A stretch of 63,972 bases of DNA, the filler included, from Craspedostauros australis (Eukaryota): NCBI GenBank assembly GCA_030167865.1. It is 9 parts of 9 records of this genome, joined end to end, with 100 filler letters (N's around TTAATTAATTAA, not from the genome) between each part and the next. Parts side by side here need not be neighbours in the genome. Positions count along the whole stretch, not along the records: positions 31,024 to 54,916 come from JALAGF010006384.1; 8 more parts are not named here. The stretch is one strand, 5' to 3'. Under the pieces are notes generated by a model. That model had not been told where the DNA came from and made no database searches. It worked only from the letters and a program-made list of their open reading frames with translations. Positions 34,947-45,642 of the stretch are shown here, piece after piece. Within the stretch, counting starts at the first letter, position 1, and every line of letters starts with the position of its first letter. A program made the position numbers and the translations under genes.

Positions 34947-36434
34947 TCAAATGCTCGATGCCTCCTCTTCCTCCTCCGCTTCTTCGGCATACGTAGGCAA
35001 CAGCGGACTTCGTTCATCTTTCACGCCGACGATGCTTCTGTAAGGAGACGGCGTGTCGCAACCGTCACGCATCGGCGTCAGCAATGTGGTAGTCGTCGTG
35101 GTGGTGGAGTATCCAGGAGGTGAGGTCGACGGATCTGGTGCTGTCGCGACGGGATCGGCGGCACCGTACAGCGACATCCACCGCACGCTGGTTTGGCGCG
35201 TGACCTGGTAGTCCGTGAAGTGCGTCTGGCAGAGGTTGCAGTTCTTGTGCTGGCCGTACAGGATCTGACCAATCTCCATCTCCGCGACGAAGCGATTGTC
35301 CATGCAGAACCAGAAGGTGACCATGGAGGTGATGATGTTGAACGTGAATTCCCAGTAATGCGCGTACTCCTCCCTGGAGAAGTTGTACACCACGAAGGTC
35401 GTCAGTGCCACGCCGCATGCCAGCAGGGCCATGATGCTGGATGATTTGTCGTTCGATACCGTAGATGATGGTGCCGGCGATGATGATGATGATGATGATG
35501 ATGACGACGACGTTACTGGCGCAGCCGCGGCGACAGCAGCAGCTGCAATCATTGCGTCATTCTCGTCTCTGGTTTGCCGCAACAACGACGTGAGAAGGAT
35601 GAGCATGATGAAGGAGAGCGTAAACTCGTTGATGTACTCCAATTCATGGGCAAACCGTTCAAAGTAGTCCGTGTCCAACGTGATGAGCACCGCCGGAACG
35701 AAGGACGCGACGATGTTGCAAAACAGCAGCAGCTTGAGCACCAACGGCTTGCTGTAGATGTTGAGCATGGTTTTGGGCGTCGTCAACAGCGCACCGACGT
35801 CCGCCAAGGCGTAGACGAAGACGGACCAGAATTCGATGATGTGAAAGGTATGATGGGAGACCATCAACGGGTGTCCATGCCACTCGGGAATATGATACTC
35901 GGCGAAGTTGAGAAAGATGAGGACAATATTGATGGCGCAGACTCCGAGGCAAACGAGGGCGAGGTAAAGATTCGTCTTGGAACGGCTCGCCAAGTCGGAC
36001 AGCTGAAAATGCATGAGGACGTTCGATGTGCTGTTCATGTTGGGCTGGACGGTGAGCGGCAGCGGTGGATTGCTGCGCCCGTTCTGCCCTGGTTGTGACG
36101 ATGCTGACGATGCTGGTGCTTTCTCACGCGATCGGGATGCCCCGTCGACGGTAGATCGTGGACCATGCTTCTGTGCGTCGCGGGCGCCGTTTGTTGTCGC
36201 CTTGATTCCCATTTGCGATCTTCTGCTGGGGTCCTCCACGTCGACCTGTTCTCTTTCGGCCGTCGATGCTGTCATCGCTGGAGCGGCATTGGTATTGGCG
36301 GCATTGCCCCCAGCGCTGCCAACGTTGATCGCGTGCCTGGAGCAGCACGCCGGAGACACAAAGAAAAGCTGCGAAGATGCAGTCACAGTGGACGTTGCGG
36401 TGGATACCGATGAATCTGCGGATGGGGTCGTCAT
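34947..36434 (-). CDS. Multi-pass membrane protein of unknown function with three HxxE/HxxxE motifs
   Basis: 495-aa ORF with GC3-rich codons; about six hydrophobic segments; FHIIEFW, AHELEY, AHYWEF; C-terminal HKNCNLC. Confidence 0.8.
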   Translation of the reverse strand: MTTPSADSSVSTATSTVTASSQLFFVSPACCSRHAINVGSAGGNAANTNAAPAMTASTAEREQVDVEDPSRRSQMGIKATTNGARDAQKHGPRSTVDGASRSREKAPASSASSQPGQNGRSNPPLPLTVQPNMNSTSNVLMHFQLSDLASRSKTNLYLALVCLGVCAINIVLIFLNFAEYHIPEWHGHPLMVSHHTFHIIEFWSVFVYALADVGALLTTPKTMLNIYSKPLVLKLLLFCNIVASFVPAVLITLDTDYFERFAHELEYINEFTLSFIMLILLTSLLRQTRDENDAMIAAAAVAAAAPVTSSSSSSSSSSSPAPSSTVSNDKSSSIMALLACGVALTTFVVYNFSREEYAHYWEFTFNIITSMVTFWFCMDNRFVAEMEIGQILYGQHKNCNLCQTHFTDYQVTRQTSVRWMSLYGAADPVATAPDPSTSPPGYSTTTTTTTLLTPMRDGCDTPSPYRSIVGVKDERSPLLPTYAEEAEEEEEASSI

Positions 36435-37255
36435 TGTTGGAGCTTGAGCGACTCGTATCGATGAGGTCTCGAGTGTGCAAAGCGAGAGCGCTGGGATTGC
36501 GAAGTCCGGTTCTGTCCAGTCTCCTCGGTTCGCTGTCCGTTCTTGTCTCTGTGAGGATTCTTGCGAGAGCGGTATCGATTGGTATCAGCGGTTGCTTGGC
36601 TGCGATCCGTCGTGTTGTCATTCGGTTCTTTCGGGCTGATCTTGTACGAGTATAGGATGTAGTTGCATGGCATGTATGGTTCAACACATCACAGGCTCAT
36701 CCTTTGGAGGAAGCTTTCGCGTCCAGCAGTCGCTGGACCTCTTGGTGGCTGATGATGCGGTTGGGTCTTCGGTTTGCTCACTGCAGAGACACCACCTGGA
36801 GACTGCCTCATAATTGCCAACACCAAACCCAGATCCACAACCCTGACGATCTCGTTCGTCACACATCTTCCACCACAATGCAAAATTACACGTTGTTGGT
36901 CATTTGTTCTATGGTAGCGTGACGTCACGGCCGTGCCACATCCACGACTGAAACAGAAGCCAAACCGTCCTTCGCCAAACTCGAGGGGAGACACGACAGG
37001 ACCACCAACAACACGGCCATCACGGCCATCACGGCCATCACCACCAACAAGATGATGTGCCGTTGTACCTGTTCGTGCCATAGATTGTATTAGTATAGCA
37101 GCTGTACCTATCCACACTCCATTGAGATCGTTATCGACACCGCGCCCTTGGCAATACCAATCTTCTGGAATCCACACACGAGCACTCTAGCTCGAATCAC
37201 ACCATCTTCCATCTCATAGAACGCTGTGTGTCGGCACGAATGCAACAGTGCGAAA

Positions 37256-39061
37256 ATGGTGAAGATACGGAAAGATGACACATCGCGATGGCTGGGTCGA
37301 TTGCAACACATCCATCGAAGGGTTTGCAACGGATTGAGCCATTCCTTCTCCCATGGCGACGCAGTGACCAACAGCGACGGAGAATATGATAGAATGGGAC
37401 CAGCTACCACGCCGAGGCAGGTGGCAGCAAAGCGGAAACGTATGCGACCGGTGTCGCTTCTGCTGTGCATGTCGTTTGTCATCATTGTGTGGACAAGATG
37501 GCAGCCTGCTGTTCCAGGCGTCGTCTCAATGACCGATGCGTCAACAGCCACAACTTCAGTCGCAGAGGGTGGCATGGTTGATGCCAAGGCTACGATTATG
37601 AGTGGCGATGCCAATCTGGGCAAGAGTGGCACTGCCACTACGACCGCTGCGTCGAACAATGCCGAAGCCAAGCGTGGGTCGAATTCGATATCAATGCGTC
37701 CGAATACTCGTAGGAAGGAGTTGGAAGGAGATAGTCAAGTTGCCAGCGTTGCTACTAGCGTTACGACGACAGCTACAATTGCGAATCGAGCTACTCATGC
37801 TGCAGATACAGCACAGACAGCGGCAGTAGATGAACCCAACAGTGCTTCGGCGTCGGCGTCGGCATCTCTGCCAGCAAAAGCGACGACACACGTCGCACAT
37901 GGTCAGAACAATCCAGGATCTGCACCGAAGCAGCAACTGCAGGATCAGATGAGCACGCGGCTGCAGTTGCCTCATCAGCTATACCTTCCAACTTTGGATG
38001 ATATTCGGCCAAGACCACGGACGAAGGAGCAGCTCGAATCATCATCAACATTATCATCAGAATCACAACCAGCACCACCAACTCCGCCGACCTTCTCTGA
38101 CTTTTGCAAGGCGCACAACAAACCTGGATACCGATTCGCGCCGTTGGTCGACAAGCATGCCATCAAGCATTGGGTGGCATCGATCGCACCAGATCTCCGC
38201 ATCGCGCAGGAGTACGCCAACATTGTGCGCACCAACATTTCGGCGCTCTCCGACGACGTATTGCGAGGCTTTCCGTCTTCCCAATTCCTCATGAAAGCGG
38301 CGCACACCTCGGGCTGCATATCCTCGATCTCCTTGCAAGAGGAATCCGTCCAGTGTCTCAAGAAACCATGCCTGCAGCGCAAATCTACAGAATCGCTCGC
38401 GAGGTTCTTGCAACGTCTCTGTCGCAAGTATTTGCAGACCAATTACGGGATCAAGTACAAGGAAGGCCAATACGATAACATTCCAAGACGGTGCGTTCTG
38501 GAGGAACGGTTGGATGTGACACCAGCATCCCCATCGATGTCGACGGCAACAACACTAGCTACGACGACAACGACGACGTCGGCAATGTTGGATTACAAGA
38601 TCCACACGTTCCATGGCCGACCCATGCTGATCGTTGTTTACGGTAATCGATTTGACGGTGACAGGAAGTTGACACGCAACGCGCGCACACCACGCACATG
38701 GTTGGAAGTCCCCATTCCATTTGATGGAGATCGCAGCGTTCCAACGTCCCGCGACATCGAACGACCTGCCATGTTGGATCATCTGTTGAATGTCACGCAG
38801 CGTCTGGTGCGACGTGCCAATGTGGAGGTTGCCTCATTCCCGTACGTGCGCATGGATTACTTCGTCTATCCCACATCGACAACGTTGGAGGCGGCGTTTG
38901 CGGAAATGACATTCACGCACGCCAATTGCGGTCCCATCTTTGATCGCAATCATGCTTGGGCCAATCAGTTCTATGGCTTTGTTGGTCAACATCCAGAACA
39001 CGATGTACCTCCAGACTCCATCTTGAGGTTGTTGGAACAAGAACGGCAACGAGAGTCGTGA
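37256..39061 (+). CDS. TupA-like ATP-grasp protein with an N-terminal membrane anchor
   Basis: LVDKHAIKHWV, FLMKAAHTSG, EGQYDNIPRRCVLEE, DYKIHTFHGRP, FPYVRMDYF and FAEMTFT fit the ATPgrasp_TupA pattern; single TM (VSLLLCMSFVIIVW) then a Ser/Thr/Ala stem. First ATG at 37256. Confidence 0.85.
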   Translation: MVKIRKDDTSRWLGRLQHIHRRVCNGLSHSFSHGDAVTNSDGEYDRMGPATTPRQVAAKRKRMRPVSLLLCMSFVIIVWTRWQPAVPGVVSMTDASTATTSVAEGGMVDAKATIMSGDANLGKSGTATTTAASNNAEAKRGSNSISMRPNTRRKELEGDSQVASVATSVTTTATIANRATHAADTAQTAAVDEPNSASASASASLPAKATTHVAHGQNNPGSAPKQQLQDQMSTRLQLPHQLYLPTLDDIRPRPRTKEQLESSSTLSSESQPAPPTPPTFSDFCKAHNKPGYRFAPLVDKHAIKHWVASIAPDLRIAQEYANIVRTNISALSDDVLRGFPSSQFLMKAAHTSGCISSISLQEESVQCLKKPCLQRKSTESLARFLQRLCRKYLQTNYGIKYKEGQYDNIPRRCVLEERLDVTPASPSMSTATTLATTTTTTSAMLDYKIHTFHGRPMLIVVYGNRFDGDRKLTRNARTPRTWLEVPIPFDGDRSVPTSRDIERPAMLDHLLNVTQRLVRRANVEVASFPYVRMDYFVYPTSTTLEAAFAEMTFTHANCGPIFDRNHAWANQFYGFVGQHPEHDVPPDSILRLLEQERQRES

Positions 39062-39507
39062 GCAATGCACAGAGCAGAGTGCGTGCGGTGTCGCCTTCAT
39101 ACAGAGCAGACACAAGTGTACATGTGATAGGATAGAACAGAACACAATAGAGCAGAATAGAATAGATTGCAATCACGATGATGTGAAATGAACAAGAGGC
39201 AACATCAACCTCCACACCTGCGTGGCGAGAGCAGAAGAAGACAAGGAGGCAACTTGGAAGGTGGGATCGTGACACATGTTCTGTGAGCCATGCCGTGGTC
39301 TCTAGAGAGAAAGGGTTTATCTACGTACAGAAGAGCCAACAGCATAGTTGAGTGTTGTTCTTCCGCGCCGCAACTCAGCATTGTCTTTGCCATGACAGTA
39401 ATGTACTACGCCATTGCATTGTATTATACGAGAATGAATGCCAAAACCCGAACGGAGACGACGCTCCGAAAATATGCCACCGACATCAACATCCACGTGC
39501 AATACCT

Positions 39508-41397
39508 TCATCGCTGCGTCGGTGACGATCGCTTCAGCGAGAATGACGGAGCCGGGTCTGTCACGAGGAGGCTTCGCGAGGGTGTGAGCGGAGGCTCCAG
39601 AGCTGCTGATGCGGGCAGCGTCAACGATGGAGATGGCGACGATGAGATCAGTCGTGCATTGGGCGCGTTGATGGGAGAAACGGGGAGCTGGGTGGTGAGG
39701 TCGATCATCGTTGGAGCGCTGTGGTGGCGCAGCTTCTTGTTGCCATTGTCGTTGTTGCCGTTGCATGTGGTGTTGGTCGTGCGGGGTCGTTGACGTTTGC
39801 GAGATGGCGAGTCCAGCATCCGTACCTCGGTTTGCGAACATGGTGGTGAAGGAATCGTGGATGATGGCACTGTCTTGGTTACGGGAAGTCTGTAGCTGTA
39901 CTTCCGACTAGCCTCCGCGATGGCGTCAAAGTTGTACTCCATCGCAGACGTGTCGATGACCTCGTTGGGGCTGCCATCCACCATGCTGGCCTGGATCTCG
40001 TGACAGCAGCAGTCGCAGGTGCTGTGCCCCACGGAGTTGTTTGGGAGCACATCTTCGAAGGACACTGCTGCGGAGGCCGGTGACAGGGAGCTTTGTCCCG
40101 AGCGCAGGGTTGGTGAATCGCAGTAGATGTCGGACAAGGAGGGATCCGAGCTAGGATCTGCCTCAGAGATACCATCATCATCACCATTGTCATCATCATC
40201 GAAGGTCATGTTGTGATGATCGTGAAAGAGGTCGTCGAAGAGGCCCTCGGCTATGAGACAACCGTCTTCGTCCGTGTACTGGAGCTGCTCCTGTGAGAAC
40301 TGCTCTTGCGATAGGCGTTGCGACTCTTCGTGGTCGGTTCGTTGGCGCTTGACTTCCTGCAGGACGGCCCTGCGGACGTGCCTGATGCGTCTGGCGCGCA
40401 TGAGCTGATGCTTCGACGATCGGATGCCCAGACTGAGCGCCTGACGCACCTTGTCTTCGTCATGGGCCACAGCGTCAAGATGGCGCACGAGAATGCGGTT
40501 GAAGTTGATGTGTTGGGCGATCTCGGATGATGTCCACCAGAAGCCGTTGATAGGCAGGCCTCTGCGTCCCCTCTTCCCCTTGCTTGCAGTCTTGCTAGGC
40601 CGTGTTGTCTTGGTGCGCTGCAATGCGACCTTGTTCCCCTGTTCTGTGCTGCTGACAGTGTTTGTAGTGGGACAAGTATGCTGTTGATCAGTTGATGATG
40701 ACGATGCCACACTTGTCTGTTGTTGCGGTTGTGCCAAGACGGATGAGTCGTTGTTGCTGGAGGGTACAGATGCTTCGTTTCCACGTTGGTGCTGTGGGTG
40801 AGCGACAGTATCATTGACATCCACATGCGTACTCGCGCTGTCTTCCATCGATTGCGAGATGACATAGCGCGGAACAATATATGCCGTGTGCGTCGCAGCG
40901 AAAGTCACGCAGCGCGGTTTGGGTTGCATGGTGCCATTGTCGGAGCCATGCGTTGCTGCACTCTCAGTGTTGCTTCCATCGTTTTCGCGTCGGTTGGAAC
41001 TTTGCGGCAACTTGCTCCAGCACCCGCACATTTTGCATTTCAAGGCGAAACCTTCCGAGACGCAATGGTCAGTGCATGGCTGTTGTGATGTGCTTGTGTG
41101 AGAGATCGGTTGTGAGTGCCATTCATCTCCGCGCTGGACTGCTGAAGAAGCTGACGACGATGACGATGACGGGGACAGAGAGACCTGTCGGTGCTGAGTG
41201 TCCAACGATTCCATGTCGCAAGGACCCATGACGGTTGTGGGCGATGTACTGGTCGGTGGGGTTGATTTGTGTGCTCGTGGGAGTTGGTGTTGGTGTTGTT
41301 GTGCTGCGTGATGGTTGTGTGCTGGTGTGGGTACTTTGCCGACGTGCCCATGCACCGTGTTGGAACGAAGTTGTGTTGCAGTCGCCACCAGAGCCAT
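39508..41397 (-). CDS. Hypothetical low-complexity protein
   Basis: 629-aa ORF starting at ATG; Ser/Thr/Gln/Asp-rich with short ordered blocks (CVTFAATHTAYIVP, FWWTSSEI, RIRHVRRAVLQE); no family recognised. Confidence 0.7.
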   Translation of the reverse strand: MALVATATQLRSNTVHGHVGKVPTPAHNHHAAQQHQHQLPRAHKSTPPTSTSPTTVMGPCDMESLDTQHRQVSLSPSSSSSSASSAVQRGDEWHSQPISHTSTSQQPCTDHCVSEGFALKCKMCGCWSKLPQSSNRRENDGSNTESAATHGSDNGTMQPKPRCVTFAATHTAYIVPRYVISQSMEDSASTHVDVNDTVAHPQHQRGNEASVPSSNNDSSVLAQPQQQTSVASSSSTDQQHTCPTTNTVSSTEQGNKVALQRTKTTRPSKTASKGKRGRRGLPINGFWWTSSEIAQHINFNRILVRHLDAVAHDEDKVRQALSLGIRSSKHQLMRARRIRHVRRAVLQEVKRQRTDHEESQRLSQEQFSQEQLQYTDEDGCLIAEGLFDDLFHDHHNMTFDDDDNGDDDGISEADPSSDPSLSDIYCDSPTLRSGQSSLSPASAAVSFEDVLPNNSVGHSTCDCCCHEIQASMVDGSPNEVIDTSAMEYNFDAIAEASRKYSYRLPVTKTVPSSTIPSPPCSQTEVRMLDSPSRKRQRPRTTNTTCNGNNDNGNKKLRHHSAPTMIDLTTQLPVSPINAPNARLISSSPSPSLTLPASAALEPPLTPSRSLLVTDPAPSFSLKRSSPTQR

Positions 41398-42774
41398 GAC
41401 GGTGGTTTCGTTGGTTTGTTTTGGTCTTGTGGAATATACTCTTTGGAGGATTGGACGTAATAATACGGATACAAGTATAGTTGGTGGTGCACAAGAACAA
41501 GAGTCAAGAGAAGAGTATGGACCACTGTCTTTCCAGAGAATGCAGTCTTTGTGTGAGGATGCACAGAGAAAACCTGCAGTTGGTTGCGGCTCTCGGCGTT
41601 TTCCTTTTTGTGACTGCAGAAGAGTCGAAGTCTCCTCCTTTGTCCCTCTCTCTTCCTTCCCGCCAACGATTCGAAGTGACTTGCTTTGTTGTTGAATCGG
41701 TTCTTGCGATTTGCTTTGTTGCTTGATGTGTGGAGGGACTCTTTGTCGGTTTTGGAATGCGGATCGCCTTCTTGGGAGACGTGGACGGAACCTCGATTGT
41801 CGGTGTCAAAAATCGCGCCGATGGTGACAGCAAGTGAATTGGTGGAATGGAGCAGTGTTGGTTGCGCTGATTTTCTCTCCTGGAGACAAGATGCTTCTCT
41901 CTTCCTGTCTCTGTTGCGTTGGCTGTCTCCTCCTTGGTTGTGTGTGATCGTGTGATTGTGCGTGGCTTCTGTGTGGTGGATGGCCGCAGTTTTGGGATCG
42001 TCGCCTGTTGCTCTCGTTGTTGCCATGTCGGTGGGAGGTTTTTGCGATCGTGCTCCAACGCCACGTGTGTGTGGCAACAGTTTCGCTTCTCTTCTCTCTT
42101 GTGCGTGTGGTGATCAAGATTTCCTCCCAACACAGGCACAACTCTGGCGCTCGCTCGATGAGCCGTTAGATTGACTTCTTCCGCCATTGAATGACCGTTA
42201 AGTGATCGACCAAGTCGACCTCTTTCCGTTGGATTCGCGAGTGTTCAGACAACCACGATTGCGCACTCGTTGATCGACTCGAGGGAGCACTACCCTCGTG
42301 ACGTCATCATTCGGGTCTTGGATACCGGTTTGTGTGTGGACAAAGAAATCGAGGTCACAATCCATCACGATGACCACCACCTTTTCTGGCACTTCGGATG
42401 GCGAGCGATTTGCGCGCGTCTCTGTTGGTGTTGTGGTCTACTTTTGTGCTCTTCGGCGGCTATGAATACGGCTCAACAGAGAGTGTTCAGAGGTTTGGAG
42501 GGATACTCACTCGCAGGTGTTATATTATATTAATGCTATAATCCTACTAGAAGATTGTCAGAAGCCTGTGTCCGTGGGAGAAGATCGACGATCGACCATC
42601 CTGACATCGGCTGACCGGAGGCGGCGCCAGGAACAGCGTGGCAACACCAGCGAACCAGAGGACACCAACTCCAAGCTCTTTTGAATTCACGAATCTCTCA
42701 ACGCTGCGAGTACTCGTACTCATACTCTCATAATACCATCATCCACCTCAAGCCAAGGCAAGAGCTCAGCCAAG

Positions 42775-44748
42775 ATGTCAGGCAAGATCCCGGGCAGGAG
42801 CCTACCTGCCGCTCCTCGATCGGGAAACAGGACCAGGCAAGGGGGCGACAATAACAAATCCAACTTCTGGCGCGCGCTGTGGACGGCGGTGCTGGCCGTC
42901 GCATTCTTCTTCAACGCGACCAACTCGTGGCGCAGCACTTCTGCCATCACGAAGCAAGTGCAGGAGAGCTTCCGCGATGCAGCAACATCATCCGCTATCG
43001 CGGGCAACGGCGGAGACGAGGATGTCCCGAGTACCGCCGATGCAGATGCCGAAGGCAATCCACAAGTCAGTGCTGATGTCCGTGTTGATGCCACTCCCCA
43101 GATCGTGGACCGATGGCAGAAGGCGGATTGGTTCGACAAGAAGCTTTGGGAGGTCGATCCGGAGATTGGCAAGGCTTGCAAGTACGTCGAGAATGTTTGC
43201 TTCCAGAACCAGCGCTGGTTCTACGACAAGACCGCGCATAATTTGGCCCAGGAGCAGCATCGTTTGCCCGTCATCGCCAACCCCCATCAACCGCATTGGA
43301 AAGTCTACTTCAACAAAGGCGCAAATGTCACCACAGCGAGGCATTCGCATTTCATCGAATTCCAAATCGAGAAGGAGATGCCGTTGCCACCGGGTTCCGG
43401 GGTGGCGGTGGAAGATGCCATGCAGCAGTGCGTGTACTCCAGCGTGCCGAACCACATGGTTCTGCAGGGGTACTACACACACATGCTCGGCGAGTTCTTC
43501 GTACGGGTTTTCTACACCACCGTCATGCTTGTGGCGAGAATGGCCGATGTCTTCATCGCCGATGATCCCGGCAACCCCACGCCATTGTCTCACAAGCAGA
43601 AACTGGCCAAGTTCATGAAGGCCTTCAAATGGCAGACCCAGCTCTACCTCAACTTGAGCTTCGGACAGGACATAAAGGTGCGCAACCTTCTGGAAAGCCA
43701 CCAGCTGTTCCTGGAGTCGCTGACGAGCAACCGGATATCCCCCCTGCACGCCCTGTTCGACAACACCAAATGCCAGTGCGCCCAGCGCGTCATGTTCTGC
43801 GGCTTCGAAATCGAGGAAGACGGGGCCCCTGGGATCAAAAGCATCGAACGGGTTGGCGGCGAGTCCTTGACAGGCAAGAAGACGGGCGAGCCCATGAACT
43901 ATTCGCCAGGCCGCACCTTCCTGCGCGAGAACTTCATCGACAACGATCCATCGGTGAAGGTCTCCATCGAGGCCAAGCGAGTGCAGTACCTCCTGTGGTG
44001 CGGTTTCAAACGCGAGAACTTCAACACGACGGAGGGCTACAAGATCATCGGTCTGACGCAGCGTTCGTCGCGCCGAGCGTGGGCAAACCTCAAAAAGAAT
44101 CTGAACGTTTGCAATCGGGATCTGAAGAAGTACAAGATCTGCTGCGTCGAGGTGAACGTGGAGGAGTACGAGATGTACAGCCCTGTGCGTCACCTGATCG
44201 GGCATGCCGCGCTGGACGGATTGATCGGCGTGCACGGCGCGCAGCTGACGGAGGCCCTGTTCATGCCCGAGGGTTCGCTCGTGGTGGAGCTGCTGCCGTT
44301 CGTGCTGGAGGGCCTGTTGCAGGGCCGGTGGACAAACGGCGCCAACGCGCCCACACCCGTCGGCGTCATGTTCAGCGAGACCGATCTAATCCACGTCGGG
44401 TATCCGTTGGATCGTTCCAGCGCGTGGGACGTGGAATGCAACAAGACCGGGATCGAGATTGTACAGTGCTTCACCCGCAGGAGTGCGCGATGGGACGACC
44501 GGAGTTTCATGGCGCCGCCCAATGTCATCCGGGACATCATCGCCAAGTTCGTTCAGGAGGACCCCAAGCTCTGTTCTGACTTCGTGAATGCGGCAGGCCA
44601 AGAGTACGTCGTGTACAACGCGAATTGCAGGACGACCCCATCCGACGAATCAAGCGTCCATCATTTCTACCGACCCAAGGGATGGGTGGATGCGAAGGTG
44701 AAGTCGGGAAAGAAATATTTCGAGGACCCGGCGAGGCCGCCGTGGTGA
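42775..44748 (+). CDS. Glycosyltransferase family 61 (DUF563-type) type II membrane protein
   Basis: 657-aa ORF; N-terminal TM (ALWTAVLAVAFFF); GT61-type motifs TQRSSRRAWANL and DGLIGVHGAQLTEALFMPEGSLVVELLP. Confidence 0.85.
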   Translation: MSGKIPGRSLPAAPRSGNRTRQGGDNNKSNFWRALWTAVLAVAFFFNATNSWRSTSAITKQVQESFRDAATSSAIAGNGGDEDVPSTADADAEGNPQVSADVRVDATPQIVDRWQKADWFDKKLWEVDPEIGKACKYVENVCFQNQRWFYDKTAHNLAQEQHRLPVIANPHQPHWKVYFNKGANVTTARHSHFIEFQIEKEMPLPPGSGVAVEDAMQQCVYSSVPNHMVLQGYYTHMLGEFFVRVFYTTVMLVARMADVFIADDPGNPTPLSHKQKLAKFMKAFKWQTQLYLNLSFGQDIKVRNLLESHQLFLESLTSNRISPLHALFDNTKCQCAQRVMFCGFEIEEDGAPGIKSIERVGGESLTGKKTGEPMNYSPGRTFLRENFIDNDPSVKVSIEAKRVQYLLWCGFKRENFNTTEGYKIIGLTQRSSRRAWANLKKNLNVCNRDLKKYKICCVEVNVEEYEMYSPVRHLIGHAALDGLIGVHGAQLTEALFMPEGSLVVELLPFVLEGLLQGRWTNGANAPTPVGVMFSETDLIHVGYPLDRSSAWDVECNKTGIEIVQCFTRRSARWDDRSFMAPPNVIRDIIAKFVQEDPKLCSDFVNAAGQEYVVYNANCRTTPSDESSVHHFYRPKGWVDAKVKSGKKYFEDPARPPW

Positions 44749-45642
44749 GCACCTTCCGCGTTCTGTTCTGTTCAGTCCAACTCTGTTCAGCTTGACTCCA
44801 TTGGTCGCCACGCGATGCAGCTCTCGCCCGTCGTTGGGGCGGGATCACAAGAATTCGTATCAACACTAGTACAACGATAAACAACTATTACAGTATGTAG
44901 TATAATATTATACTCTATACATCGTTGGTATTCGGCGTGAGGTATGGTCACCATACGAGTCGGATGTTAGACGCAGTCCAAGTCGATGGTGTAGAATATG
45001 TTGGATTGCCGCAATCGAACTACTAGTAATACGAGGACGACCTTTGGGCACAGCCAACAAGAGATGGAGCTCGTGGAGCAGACGAACTCAACAACCAAGA
45101 GTCGACCCACACGAGCGAAAATGCTCCAAAAAGACATCGACAATGATGAAGACCCGCGCCAACACAAAAAACCGCGTGCCGTTGCGTTCCGCAACACGAA
45201 TCACCGCGAAGAGCGAAAGACCAAGAGACACCAAGAACAGCATCCGAGGCATCGGCGCCGCACGAGCTCTATCGTGGCGCAAGTATCATCCTGTGCCATT
45301 CGTGTCCATCCAGGAGGCGTGGGTACTGCAAATACACGCACATCGACATCTTCTCGACCGCAAGACGCTGCCACTAATATAATATTGTAGAATACTATTG
45401 AATAGTCGTAAGCGCATTGGACAATCAAGTGGAGCAGAGCATTCAATCGGTCATCGATCTATACATCCATCCACACATCCATCCATCGATCCACCCATCC
45501 ATACATGCATCCATACATGCATCCACCCCGTTTGTGAAGCCTATCGCATCCAACCCCAACTTAAACGTCAACATCTACTCCACCCCATCATCCCGCACTG
45601 CACGACCACTGTACGACCACTGCACCAACACATTGCAACACC

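Noticed and set aside
41040..42187. 345-aa and 227-aa minus-strand ORFs upstream of the 629-aa gene
   Set aside because: Low complexity, no motifs, overlapping frames; more likely a long 5' UTR or intergenic DNA, though an upstream exon is not excluded.
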